The notes under the pieces are model-generated. The model was not told the DNA's origin, ran no database searches, and saw only the letters and a list, made by a program, of their open reading frames with translations. DNA of 64,000 bases from a virus: IMG/VR virus record IMGVR_UViG_3300021512_000004, positions 1 through 64,000 of that record. One strand, 5' to 3'. The position numbers were made by a program, and so were the translations under genes. Positions 9,260 through 19,332 of the stretch are shown here, one piece after another (positions within the stretch are counted from its first letter, which is position 1; each line of letters starts with the position of its first letter).

Positions 9260-12200
9260 TTACCCTAAAATGGTCTGAAAAGATTTTTTATTGGCCTTCA
9301 CATGGTTCAAGATTATTCTGGCCCCTTCTGAAGAGGACAACGCTGCATCAAGAACTGAAGGTCCGTCAACTGCGTTTATTATACGAGTTTCTCCTTGGTT
9401 TACTACCGGGGCAGGCATAGAAGGCATCGTCATTGGCTTGGCCGCAGTAGCGGACTGCTGCATTCCTCCGGCGGCAAAGGCGGCTATCTTACCTGAGTTC
9501 AAAGTGTGAATGAAGTTGTCCCCTAATAGTTCGGTCGCCTTAGCATTCAATACAGCCTCCCCGTTTGATAGTCTGACCGGCTGTTTATTCCCCCCCTTCC
9601 CTACTATCGTTCCGAACACTGAGTCAGAGGTCCCGGTTCCTGGCCCTTTAATTATCCCTCCGGTGGCCATCCTAACCACCCCTCCGGTAGCGGCTTTTAC
9701 TACCCCTCCGGTCGCAGCCCCTCCAAACGCCAAAGACATCCCCAGACTTTGCAACATCTGATTTACTCCGGCCTTTATTAAGGTAGTAGCAATATCTTTA
9801 GCCAGAGAGTTGAATATCCCCTTCATAGAGTCTCCGAAAGACTCCCCGTCAAGGATTGCTCCAGCAAGAGCATCCCCAACCTCGTCCATAGCCACTACTA
9901 CACTATCAGAGAGGTGTTCTGCCACCTTGCTCATGTCACTATCAAGACCTTTCAGCCTCTCTGACAGTATCTCTGGGTCCAACCCTTCGAAGATATCAGG
10001 GATCGCTCCAAGCTCCTCCTGAGCGGCCCTTGCCAGCTCCGCAAGCTCATTATCTAGGGTCACTATCTCCTGACTCAACCTTTCTACGTCTACGCTGGCC
10101 TTCTCTATTAGGTCGGCACTACCTCCAGAGTCAACAACCTTTTGATACTCGTCTCTCTGCTTAGTGGAGGCTTCCTTCTCAAGTTCAGCAGCCTGACGTT
10201 GATTTTCAATATCCTGAATCTGAGTTTCTGGGGGGACTACTCCATACTTCTTAAATTTAGCTAGCTTATCTGAGCCTCCGTCGGATGTCTGCGGGGCTGT
10301 GCGAAGGAGTCTTGCCTTCTCTAACAGGACTTCGGATACCTTGTTGAGGGCTTTCTTAAACCGATCAAACACCGAGTCAGAGGAGAGTATCCTATCTTTG
10401 TCAGCCTGAAGTTGGGCCAGAGCCTCGTCCTTAGACATCCCTCTGACAAGATTTAACGCAGACTCCTGCTCCGCCGCCTCGAGAAGTTGGCGCTCAAGCT
10501 CCTTGAGGTTGGCAGAAAGGTTATCAAACCCTTCAGAGGCTGTTCTCGCCTGAAGTTCCTTAATCCTGGCGTCAGCGATCTTAACCGCAGCCTTATGAAC
10601 TCTCTCCGACAACTTCTGCTCTGCTTTAGCCCTGTCCTCCAAAGCATCCTCAGTGAATTGCGCAAGTTTGGCAGACTCCTGACTGTACTTTTCCTTCAGT
10701 CGGTTGATAGTTCCAAGATTTTTGGAACTCTTATCATCCTGCTGACCTTGGAGATCTCGTCTAATATTCTCTAATACTTTTTCCTGCTCTTTCTTTTGCA
10801 GGGAGAGTCTTTTAGATATTAGGTCGTTGTCGTCAGTCTTGGCAAGATCCTCCAGAGAACTTCTTTCCTTGCCTCTGAGCCCTCTATTTATCTCTTTTGT
10901 CAGCCTGCTGATCTCGGTCTTAGCCTTGGGATCAGACAGAAGCCTTTCAGCATCCTTGATTGCTTGCTTATCGGCAAACGCAGAAGCCTGGAAGGATCTC
11001 CAAAGCTCCATGATCTTTACAATAGACTCTATGGCAGGAGGGAGGGATAGCTTTCCGTCTACTACCTCCGCCTGCTCAACCTTCTTCCGCAAAGCTGGAA
11101 TGTCTCCCCCAGCCTTCCTTACCTGGGCGACCTGACTAGATAAGCTCCCAGCCTCATTAGACTTTAAGACTTTGTTAAGGTCCTCCCCGCCTTGAGCAGA
11201 TTCAAACTGACCTATGGCAGAAAGGGTCTCCTGTCTTTGGGACTCTATTAGTTTCTCGGCCTGTTCCGAGGCTGTTGATACTATGTCCCCAAGGTATTTA
11301 TTTACTTTGGCTATAGGGCTCTTAAGCAGAGCCTGCCCAATAACCTCAGCTCCCACAGCATCCCCGGACAGTTCGGATATCCTTTCAGCTTGAGCCTCTG
11401 CCCACACCTGTAATAAGCTATCAGGGTCAGTAAAGTCAGCATCCTTAACTGCGGCTAGAAGAGCTTGTTTTACTACTTGATCCCCAACTCCCTTTGTTCC
11501 AGCAAGGGTTAGAATCTTCTTGAAGGTTTCCTTCTGTAGATTCTGCTTTACTGCGTCCCTAACCGCTATCAACTCTGGGCTCAGGGCTTGGATAGATTCC
11601 TTAATAGAGGTTATGTAGGCTGCGATAGCCTTAATTCTTTCATCTCTTGAAAGGGTGGAGGTGCCGTCTATAAGGTCAGAGATTTGTTGGGAGCTGGCCC
11701 CAACTTCTATTGTTTTGAGTGCTTGTAGGAGCTTGGGATTTTGAAACACCTGGCTAGCATCTGACAGATCTATCCCGCCTTCTATCGCCCGGTCTACCTC
11801 TTCAACTGCTTTCTCGCTCATCAGCTGAAGTTCGACAATTACCCCAGAGATAGCTCCGTCCATCCCGGAAGTAAGGTTCGACAACCTGCTTAAGGATTGA
11901 TCCAGATCAGCTAAAGTCTTTCCAGACAGGGCTGTAGAGGCCCCTGTTATCTTAGGAAGTAAAACTTTACCTCTCACTTCAAGACTGGCTGAGGAGTACT
12001 CTTCCACCGCTGCTAGGATTGTCTTTTGAGCTTCTTGTGACAGGGAGTCGAAGTCGGTTATGACCGCCCTTATCCCGGCAGAGAAGTCCCTCTGAGCTTC
12101 CTGAATCTTCAGGACTCCGGAAGCGGCATTCCCTTTACCTTTGGAAGAGTCTAGATCAAACTCATCAACCCCTCTCAGCACTTCCTGGAGGTTGCCTTCC

Positions 12201-15200
12201 GCATCTTCCAACTGCCCTCTGGCCGCATCTACCTTATCAGCAGATACCTGCATAGCTGTTCTATTGGCCTGGAATAGGCTTGCAGCCAATTGAACAACAG
12301 AGAAGATGCCTAATACTATGCCTAGCGGCCCGAGTCCGGCCAAGAACCTTGGAAGAGCCCTGGCAAACAATTTGACGGCCTGTGCGCCTTTACCTTGAGC
12401 TGCTCTTTTCGCCCCGCCTTTCATCAAACTAGAAGCGGAAGACAGTTTAGGCTTCGCCTTCCCCCCTGTAGCAGATCCCGCCAACCCTAACAATCCTAAA
12501 GCCGTTACGAATTCGGAACTACCTACACCTTCCTCCTGAAAAGCTAGACTCCCCGCACTCCCTGCAACTGCTCCAGAAACTATCCCTACTACCTTCCCAA
12601 TAACTCCTTTACTCAGGAATCCTCCAGCCACCGCTCCGACTGCACCAGGAGCAAACGTCCCCGCGAACCCTTCTTCCCCTGCGAGTTTTAAGGATTTATC
12701 TAACTCCACCAATCCGGAGATGGCCTCAGTAAGGACATCCACGAACCCTTCTAAAGAGCGAACCCCTCCTCCAAATACCTCATCTCCAAAAGCGGTGAAA
12801 GCGGCTCCTAAGTTAGATAAGCTGTTGGCCAGAGACTTCATTTGAATCTCAGAACCTTCCGCAGCAGCCTGACCGAAAGTTATCCGCTGCTCAGCCTCGC
12901 TTAGATTGTCAAGATTCTTGATCAGGGCGGTGATGGCATTGGTAGCCCTAACATTAAATGACCTTCCGAACAGTGCCTGGGCATCGTCGGCAAAGCCAAT
13001 TCTTTTCAGCTCCTGTAACACAGACAACAGAGGGTTCTCTGCGTGTCGGAACTGAGCAAACATGCTTTTGATAGTGGCTTTGGACAGATTTTCGCCAAGC
13101 TGTTTGTACCGAGTTTCCAGAGCCCCAATCGCTTTATTGCTGGGAGTGAATAGCTCGGTGATTGCCTGACGTAAGCCGGTAGCAACAGTAGAAGGTTTGA
13201 TGCCTGCGTTTCTCAGCGTAGTAGCGGCTGCCAAGTATTGCTCTGAAGTAAGGTTATAGGAGTCAGCAATCTGAGAGCTTAAGGACAAGATCGTTTTCAG
13301 ATCCCCTGCAGTAAGCTTGGAGATGTTGATGGCCTTGGTCAGTTGGTTTGCAAGGTCAATCTCATCCATGTCTTTAAAGACATTTCTCATGGTGGTCAGG
13401 AGGTCAGCTGCAAGCTCTAACCCGCTATCAGTAGCGGCTGCAAACTGAGCAACAGACTCCAACACCTTTGGAATATTGTCAGCTTCCACCCCGGCCTGGG
13501 CCAGTACCCTAGCAGTTCTTGCAATTTCATCCGTAGTAAACTTGGTGGTAATAGCGACCCTTTTAATGGACGCTTCGATACCTACCATGCCCTTATCCGT
13601 AACCCCGGCTACAGCTTGCAGGGAGTACAGTTCCTTATCTAAAGATACCAGACCTCTGGCCAGTGCGTTGACGGCCCCTAGAACCTGATACAATGCTCCA
13701 TACCCAAGAGCAAACCTAAAGAACTGCCTAATAAGCAGAGACCCTTGACCTAGGTGGGTGTTTAGCTCTTTGTGGGCTCCAGCAACATCCTTAACCCCTT
13801 TGGCCTGGGTCTTCGCCCCCTCAGCTGCCTTCTTAGTCGCAGTCGCCCTTTGAGCCTGAAGCTGTTTCACTTTCCTTTCTGACTCGGCTAAGGATTTGAG
13901 ACGCGCATCTAGAGCCGTGACGGCTATTTGATATTTTCCTGACTCGTGAGTAAGCCGCTTTACGACCTTAATGTTGTCCCCTGCAGCGAGAGACCTGGCC
14001 TTCAAATCTGCAATATTGTCCTTAGCAAACTGCTTGAGTCTTTTAGCCGCTGCAGGATCCTGGACTCTACCTGCCTGTCCCTGCTTACCAAGATCCGCTA
14101 CACTGCTCACTCCTAAGTTTTTCAGAAGGTTTGAAGGGGATTGTGGATCACTGGCCGACCCCCGAGCAAAGGAGAGTCTGGACTCCCTCCTAACTCTAAG
14201 CTTTGCCTCTACTAAGGATTTCCTTTCTACAGCTGCTCTCTGCTTCTTTAGGGCTACTTCTTTCTTAAGCTGTGCGGCAGCTTTAGTTTCCTGCTTCTGC
14301 AGAACTCTTCTTACTGCAGCAACCTTCTCCAACTGTCTATTATTCTTGAGGATCTGCTCAGAATAGTCGTGAGTCTCCTTCCCAAGCCTAGTATTTTCCT
14401 TGAGTAGTGCAGACTGTTCAGCATCTAAAGCTGACTTCGCCTTACTAACTAAATTGGGTGGCAGTGTTCCTGATCTTGCAGAAGAGGCAAGGGCTCCGAC
14501 ATCCCCTGAGCCAAAGACAGTTTGCCTTTGAGAGGCTCTGCCTTGAGAGGACTTTAAGTATGCTGCGTCCCTAGTCGCTCTGGAGGAAATCCCCTTGCGA
14601 GCCTCAATATTTTGATCTTGAGTTCTTCGGATCTTTGAAGTTATGCTGGACAGTTCAGAGGTGTCTTTAGAGAACTGCTTGTTAAACCCTATCAGCCCTG
14701 CCTTAAGATCCTCAAGCCCTGGGACGTTCCTAAGTCCGTGGATAGCCTCGGAGATCGCACTTTTCGTTGCCTCTTGAGCAGTAACCTGCCGGGTAACCCC
14801 GCTCCTTTGGAGAGGTCCCATACCTTCTAGGCGTTTTCTGGAGATCCTCTGATCCCCAATTCCAACCAGGCTCTGAGCCCTGCGAGCGTGAGCCCCACCA
14901 AGGCCCTTATTGGCTCTGACAACTTCATTGGTTCTACGGGCAACTGCTTTCAGCGCCTCTGCTTGTTGATACAGGGCGTCCGTTCTGGACTTAACCTTAG
15001 AGGTAAACGACTCTAGTTGGGACTTTGAAAGCCCTTCTGTAGACTTCTTCCCAACCTCTTCTATTGCAGCTATTCCGGCTTGAGCCTGCTTCTGGAATCC
15101 TTTTATAGCCGAGTCTAACGACTTAATAGACTTTCGTTTGTCTGCAGGAGACTGGAAGTCTCCTCTGGCTATTTTTTCGAGTTGCTTAACGGCATCAGAG

Positions 15201-15262
15201 GTGTCAAAGACCACCTTAGCTGGAAGGGTTAGGACATCTCCTGAGCTGCTCTTGGTGGCCAT
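9260..15262 (-). CDS. Tail tape measure protein
   Basis: 2000 aa, Ala-rich and helical; TP901-like core (TKFTTDEIA..LAQAG, LRNAGIKPSTVATGLR); C-terminal ATGG..GPGTGTSDS..RLSNGE. Confidence 0.92.
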   Translation of the reverse strand: MATKSSSGDVLTLPAKVVFDTSDAVKQLEKIARGDFQSPADKRKSIKSLDSAIKGFQKQAQAGIAAIEEVGKKSTEGLSKSQLESFTSKVKSRTDALYQQAEALKAVARRTNEVVRANKGLGGAHARRAQSLVGIGDQRISRKRLEGMGPLQRSGVTRQVTAQEATKSAISEAIHGLRNVPGLEDLKAGLIGFNKQFSKDTSELSSITSKIRRTQDQNIEARKGISSRATRDAAYLKSSQGRASQRQTVFGSGDVGALASSARSGTLPPNLVSKAKSALDAEQSALLKENTRLGKETHDYSEQILKNNRQLEKVAAVRRVLQKQETKAAAQLKKEVALKKQRAAVERKSLVEAKLRVRRESRLSFARGSASDPQSPSNLLKNLGVSSVADLGKQGQAGRVQDPAAAKRLKQFAKDNIADLKARSLAAGDNIKVVKRLTHESGKYQIAVTALDARLKSLAESERKVKQLQAQRATATKKAAEGAKTQAKGVKDVAGAHKELNTHLGQGSLLIRQFFRFALGYGALYQVLGAVNALARGLVSLDKELYSLQAVAGVTDKGMVGIEASIKRVAITTKFTTDEIARTARVLAQAGVEADNIPKVLESVAQFAAATDSGLELAADLLTTMRNVFKDMDEIDLANQLTKAINISKLTAGDLKTILSLSSQIADSYNLTSEQYLAAATTLRNAGIKPSTVATGLRQAITELFTPSNKAIGALETRYKQLGENLSKATIKSMFAQFRHAENPLLSVLQELKRIGFADDAQALFGRSFNVRATNAITALIKNLDNLSEAEQRITFGQAAAEGSEIQMKSLANSLSNLGAAFTAFGDEVFGGGVRSLEGFVDVLTEAISGLVELDKSLKLAGEEGFAGTFAPGAVGAVAGGFLSKGVIGKVVGIVSGAVAGSAGSLAFQEEGVGSSEFVTALGLLGLAGSATGGKAKPKLSSASSLMKGGAKRAAQGKGAQAVKLFARALPRFLAGLGPLGIVLGIFSVVQLAASLFQANRTAMQVSADKVDAARGQLEDAEGNLQEVLRGVDEFDLDSSKGKGNAASGVLKIQEAQRDFSAGIRAVITDFDSLSQEAQKTILAAVEEYSSASLEVRGKVLLPKITGASTALSGKTLADLDQSLSRLSNLTSGMDGAISGVIVELQLMSEKAVEEVDRAIEGGIDLSDASQVFQNPKLLQALKTIEVGASSQQISDLIDGTSTLSRDERIKAIAAYITSIKESIQALSPELIAVRDAVKQNLQKETFKKILTLAGTKGVGDQVVKQALLAAVKDADFTDPDSLLQVWAEAQAERISELSGDAVGAEVIGQALLKSPIAKVNKYLGDIVSTASEQAEKLIESQRQETLSAIGQFESAQGGEDLNKVLKSNEAGSLSSQVAQVRKAGGDIPALRKKVEQAEVVDGKLSLPPAIESIVKIMELWRSFQASAFADKQAIKDAERLLSDPKAKTEISRLTKEINRGLRGKERSSLEDLAKTDDNDLISKRLSLQKKEQEKVLENIRRDLQGQQDDKSSKNLGTINRLKEKYSQESAKLAQFTEDALEDRAKAEQKLSERVHKAAVKIADARIKELQARTASEGFDNLSANLKELERQLLEAAEQESALNLVRGMSKDEALAQLQADKDRILSSDSVFDRFKKALNKVSEVLLEKARLLRTAPQTSDGGSDKLAKFKKYGVVPPETQIQDIENQRQAAELEKEASTKQRDEYQKVVDSGGSADLIEKASVDVERLSQEIVTLDNELAELARAAQEELGAIPDIFEGLDPEILSERLKGLDSDMSKVAEHLSDSVVVAMDEVGDALAGAILDGESFGDSMKGIFNSLAKDIATTLIKAGVNQMLQSLGMSLAFGGAATGGVVKAATGGVVRMATGGIIKGPGTGTSDSVFGTIVGKGGNKQPVRLSNGEAVLNAKATELLGDNFIHTLNSGKIAAFAAGGMQQSATAAKPMTMPSMPAPVVNQGETRIINAVDGPSVLDAALSSSEGARIILNHVKANKKSFQTILG

Positions 15263-15315
15263 ATTTATCCTGAAAGTTATTTATCTAGGGTGGTGGAATG
15301 ATACCGCACAGCCCC

Positions 15316-15909
15316 CTAAAAACCTACAGATTTAGCCGCAGCTGCCATTTTGGAGAAAGACGCAGCATCCGTGACTTCATGGGTATTAGCATCGGTGGCA
15401 GGGGGGAGGTTTGACTTACTGTCTGAATAGCCTCCGCCGAAACCAAACAAACAGGCTTCGTATCTTTGGGTTAGAGTCTGCCACAAGAATCTATATTTTA
15501 AGGAGATGGATAGGTCTACAGCTTGGACAGGGGTGTTGCAGTAGTGGTGGGAAGCTTTGTCAAAATCGTACTCATAAACATAAAGCAAAGACTCCTGCAG
15601 GGTGAGTCCTTTTGTGAACTCTGCTAATTGAGTTCCAAGCCCCGGCTTTGGGTCAGGTTTCTTCTGCTTATTAACTTCCTCAGAAAGCTTTTTCTTCTCT
15701 TTAGAAACTTCATTAAGGGCCGCAGAGACGGATTGTAGAAACTCCTCAGAGTATGGTGGAGGGTGTCCGCAAGCTTTCAGTACTGGAAGTAGCGCCTCCT
15801 TGAGAGAACATCCTGGACTCTCTTCCACACTCCGCTCCAACAACTCCATAAACAGGTAGGTTATCGGGAACTCTTCCTTGTGGGAGTAGTGATAGAATAA
15901 AGTACTCAT
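15316..15909 (-). CDS. Probable tail assembly chaperone
   Basis: Position between the tail tube and tape measure genes only. Confidence 0.45.
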   Translation of the reverse strand: MSTLFYHYSHKEEFPITYLFMELLERSVEESPGCSLKEALLPVLKACGHPPPYSEEFLQSVSAALNEVSKEKKKLSEEVNKQKKPDPKPGLGTQLAEFTKGLTLQESLLYVYEYDFDKASHHYCNTPVQAVDLSISLKYRFLWQTLTQRYEACLFGFGGGYSDSKSNLPPATDANTHEVTDAASFSKMAAAAKSVGF

Positions 15910-15915
15910 TACTGT

Positions 15916-15958
15916 AATTGGTCGGGAGCGGAGTGAAAGATCCCGCTCCCGACCAATT
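15916..15958. repeat. Intergenic hairpin with a 16-bp stem after the tail tube gene
   Basis: AATTGGTCGGGAGCGG...CCGCTCCCGACCAATT; no U-tract on the minus strand. Confidence 0.7.
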
Positions 15959-15960
15959 CC

Positions 15961-16779
15961 TTAAGCGTCAGCGCCGTTAGCGTACATGCCAATCGGGTGG
16001 GACGGGATAACAGATGCCAAGTGAACCAAAGCTCCGCCAGCCCCGTAATCTGCAGCAGAAGGCTCCAGGAGGCTGAGAGTTAGCTCCGTAGAGGCAAAGT
16101 CCTCAGCGTTATTGGCAACTTCAAGGCCAGAACTTACAGACGCCTTCCAGAAGTGCCACACGGTTGGGCGGCCTGTTGAGTTCTCCTTCTGAATGACGGT
16201 AATCGCCATATAGTTGGTTTGTGAAACATCCCCAACAGGGAGCTGGTGGGATATGAAGTAAGGTGAGCCGTCTGCCAGGCCATAAGTGACAGGAGTTCCT
16301 GCATTCAAGGTCAGGGCGTCTACTGAGATACTGTCAATCAGACACACTGTCATCTTCTCAGGCTCGCCAGCAGGCCATGTGGTGATATAATCCCCGGCAG
16401 TGATAGACGCACCTTCGCCGGTAGCAACATTGATAAGAACTGCGGCAGCTGCAACAATTCCATCCACTGTACCTGAGAAGTCTGTTGGAGCAGTTCCACT
16501 AGAACCCTCCCCAGACAACATGCGAATGTTACGTCTTGAATACTCCCGCATAGTTGCGGTCAGTTCCGCAGTTTGCCGAATGATAGCTGAGTCAACCAAT
16601 TTTCGAGGAAAGCCGCCTTCCAGTGTGGCAGACTCCTGAGCTATGTTGACGGTAACTTGATCCAAAAGGCCAGCTGAGTGATCAGCTTGGGTCAGACTCA
16701 TTGCTAAAGTCTGGGGGCCGAAGCGCATCTCTGCAGTGCCGATGGGAAATTTGTTGGTAATCGCTGAACCTAAAGCCAT
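15961..16779 (-). CDS. Major tail (tube) protein
   Basis: Size, Ala/Ser/Thr-rich beta composition and position before the chaperone and tape measure genes. Confidence 0.7.
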   Translation of the reverse strand: MALGSAITNKFPIGTAEMRFGPQTLAMSLTQADHSAGLLDQVTVNIAQESATLEGGFPRKLVDSAIIRQTAELTATMREYSRRNIRMLSGEGSSGTAPTDFSGTVDGIVAAAAVLINVATGEGASITAGDYITTWPAGEPEKMTVCLIDSISVDALTLNAGTPVTYGLADGSPYFISHQLPVGDVSQTNYMAITVIQKENSTGRPTVWHFWKASVSSGLEVANNAEDFASTELTLSLLEPSAADYGAGGALVHLASVIPSHPIGMYANGADA

Positions 16780-16793
16780 GATAAATACTCCAT

Positions 16794-17528
16794 CTACTTA
16801 TTTTTAAAAATTTCGGCAACGAGATTTGTGCCAAGTTTTGCTGAGAGTGCAGCTATAAACGGACGAGAGCCTTTTTTAGCGTACTGCTCAACCCATAAAA
16901 CCCTCATAATAGAGGGAGTTTTGCTCTCTCCGAAAGGAGCAGTTCCCTGCCCCTTAATAGGAGTACCTCTGAAGAAAGATTTTACAATTAAGTTATCGAA
17001 AGGGCGAGGTAATTTATTTGCCGTCGATATATTTATATCATACTTGAAGGACCCTTTCCGAGTAACCCCTTTGAATTCGTGAGTGACGACGACGCTTGCC
17101 TTGTCTAAGGATACTACAGGCTTTACCACGTTCCACAGCTTTCCAGAATCCCTCCAGAACGATGTTGGAGTACTAGAAGTAATCTTTTTCCTTGTAAGGG
17201 TGGAGGCGGCTAAAGCAGGCCACACAGGAGATAGTGGTAGATCCCCTTTGGTTGCTGAGATGCTCAGCATGTCTAAATTGGAGGCAGCCCCTGGAACCCC
17301 TCTTAGAGTTTTCCTAACCCCTCTAAATAAGGCAACATAGTAATCGTCCGCCAATTTACGGATAGTCTTCTTCCTATGGCCAAGGATGGAGGCAGCACTT
17401 CTTCTGGATGCAGCAGACTCATAAATCCTTAGAGCTATGAAGTTCTCCACTCCTTTTTTTGCCTTGAGCTTTCCATACCTTACTCGGCTAGTCAAATGAA
17501 CCTCTGCACTCTGGAGGTTATAGACCAA
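16794..17528 (-). CDS. Neck / tail-completion protein (basic)
   Basis: Position; W..LA.ST..RK and RPFI motifs seen in phage neck proteins. Confidence 0.5.
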   Translation of the reverse strand: MVYNLQSAEVHLTSRVRYGKLKAKKGVENFIALRIYESAASRRSAASILGHRKKTIRKLADDYYVALFRGVRKTLRGVPGAASNLDMLSISATKGDLPLSPVWPALAASTLTRKKITSSTPTSFWRDSGKLWNVVKPVVSLDKASVVVTHEFKGVTRKGSFKYDINISTANKLPRPFDNLIVKSFFRGTPIKGQGTAPFGESKTPSIMRVLWVEQYAKKGSRPFIAALSAKLGTNLVAEIFKNK

Positions 17529-17986
17529 AACCTTATCCCGGCAACGTGGTCAAATACCTGAGGATCCAAGGAGATCCCAGTAACGTATAGACTACCTCTA
17601 CCTTCTATGGCCGAATGCCCTCTGTAGTCCCCTAAAGGGATAGTTTTCCCCTTCTCAAAGAGATTATGGATCTCTGCAGACAGGTCTGATAGTTTGTAAT
17701 TTCCAACATCTGATACCGTTCTAGCTCCGGCAAGAAATGTGGCTGTGTATAGTGGATCGTGAGGAGAAGGTTGCACTGACTCAAAGGACCACACAATGAC
17801 TGGGTTCTTAGCCTTCAGGATGGAGTCTACCTGCGTCACATCGTCCATCTCAACTCCCTTGATACGTCTCCAGTCGCCTCCTCTAGCCCTCAAGGTATCG
17901 ACCAAATCCAACATCACTTTATCAAGGGTGGACTTAACCAGTATCGCTACTTCACTCACTGCCAACCGCCTTGCCTTTGGCTCCAA
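17492..17986 (-). CDS. Probable tail terminator / neck protein
   Basis: Position and size in the head-tail joining block. Confidence 0.45.
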   Translation of the reverse strand: MEPKARRLAVSEVAILVKSTLDKVMLDLVDTLRARGGDWRRIKGVEMDDVTQVDSILKAKNPVIVWSFESVQPSPHDPLYTATFLAGARTVSDVGNYKLSDLSAEIHNLFEKGKTIPLGDYRGHSAIEGRGSLYVTGISLDPQVFDHVAGIRFWSITSRVQRFI

Positions 17987-18554
17987 TCAGATCAAGGGTG
18001 TCGTAAACTTCATCCACGTTATACCTAAAACCATTTTCGAGAACTATGTAACAGTCTGAGTCTACTGGCGCTTCCTTAGGGAACGTGATATTTACCCTAG
18101 AGTACTCAACCTCTTCAAACTTTCTGGCAGAAGTAGCGGAGTACCTTTCTATATCTACCCAAAACTTCCCTAAGACTTCAACCCCAGACGATTGCCTAGC
18201 CCCTGAGGACCTTTCCAAATAAGACTGCTTACACAATTTCACCTTATGGGGGGCGGCCCTAACAAGGTAAAACCTGCCATAGGAATCCCCTGCCCAGGCG
18301 TCCTGATTGCTGCTTTCCAGAAGGAATACGGTATCAACCGACTCCAACTTATACGCTGGGTACCCTTCCGGCAATGTGTCGTCCCCGGAGAGGTGCAGTA
18401 TTCTTTTCTTTTGGCCAAAAGTTCTTTCGGTTATGAACCTATCAAAAGTAGACAGTCTGGCTTTAACACCAACACTAACCCACTTCTCTCTGTCGGAGTT
18501 CCATCCGTATACTTGTAGATCACAAAACTTGCCGATGGCTCTCCCTAAATTCAT
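17952..18554 (-). CDS. Probable head closure protein
   Basis: Position in the head-tail joining block. Confidence 0.45.
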   Translation of the reverse strand: MNLGRAIGKFCDLQVYGWNSDREKWVSVGVKARLSTFDRFITERTFGQKKRILHLSGDDTLPEGYPAYKLESVDTVFLLESSNQDAWAGDSYGRFYLVRAAPHKVKLCKQSYLERSSGARQSSGVEVLGKFWVDIERYSATSARKFEEVEYSRVNITFPKEAPVDSDCYIVLENGFRYNVDEVYDTLDLIGAKGKAVGSE

Positions 18555-19033
18555 TACTGTCCCGTAACCGCGTCTATGTCTGGAGAGGACACTCCCAACG
18601 GGGAGATCACTTCAGACGACCCGCTCCCTCCAAGGATAGCTGCGCTTAAGAGGTTCTTATACTTAGCCGCCCTGGAGGAAGCGAAGGAGACTATTTTATC
18701 TGGGTCATAGTTGGAGAACCTTTCAATCTTCGCCTTTCCGTCTGAAGTAGACTTTGGGAAAAGAAGAGGTCTAGCCGCTATCTCCTTGGCACAGAACCAC
18801 CTTGAGTACAGGAGGAGGTGGGACCTGTTAGCCTTTTGGTCAGATGTGGCCAAGGCCGCCTTCCCTTCGGAGTCAACGGTAGAGTGGGTAGGAAGCCACG
18901 AATCAAGGTCAGATATCAGCTCCAGATCCATCCCCGAATCCACTATGATTCTGTCTGGGCAGTCTGATTCGTCAATCCCTAAACAAGCCCTGATAGAGGC
19001 TGTTCCGGTGTAACCTACGACCGAATTTTGCAC
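18554..19033 (-). CDS. Probable head-tail adaptor
   Basis: Position after the capsid genes; (I/V)RA.LG N-terminus and SDGKA..ERF motif. Confidence 0.5.
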   Translation of the reverse strand: MQNSVVGYTGTASIRACLGIDESDCPDRIIVDSGMDLELISDLDSWLPTHSTVDSEGKAALATSDQKANRSHLLLYSRWFCAKEIAARPLLFPKSTSDGKAKIERFSNYDPDKIVSFASSRAAKYKNLLSAAILGGSGSSEVISPLGVSSPDIDAVTGQ

Positions 19034-19035
19034 AA

Positions 19036-19266
19036 CTAGCCCCTAATTACCAAGAGTCCTGCGGATAGTTGAACATCTAGCCAGGAGCCTTCCTTGCACT
19101 TACTGATATCAAGTAAGGTAGGAACCTTGCTGAAAGAGATGCCACGAGCAGAGTCAAATAAACTCCCATTGACCTTATCGGAGGTAGTGATGACACTCTC
19201 CCCTCTAGGGTATTTAGTCTTCTTGCTGCCGGGGGAGGCTACCTTGTTTTGTGTCTGTAAAGCCAT
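19036..19266 (-). CDS. Small hypothetical virion-module protein
   Basis: GAGG RBS upstream; in the operon. Confidence 0.5.
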   Translation of the reverse strand: MALQTQNKVASPGSKKTKYPRGESVITTSDKVNGSLFDSARGISFSKVPTLLDISKCKEGSWLDVQLSAGLLVIRG

Positions 19267-19296
19267 AATACATACCTCTCAAATTAAGAAAAACAT

Positions 19297-19325
19297 GAGG
19301 AAGGGGTTAAGGGAACCCCTTCCTC
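19297..19325 (-). terminator. Probable intrinsic terminator after the major capsid gene
   Basis: GAGGAAGGGGTT/AACCCCTTCCTC stem followed on the minus strand by a T-rich tract. Confidence 0.6.
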
Positions 19326-19332
19326 GAAGGAC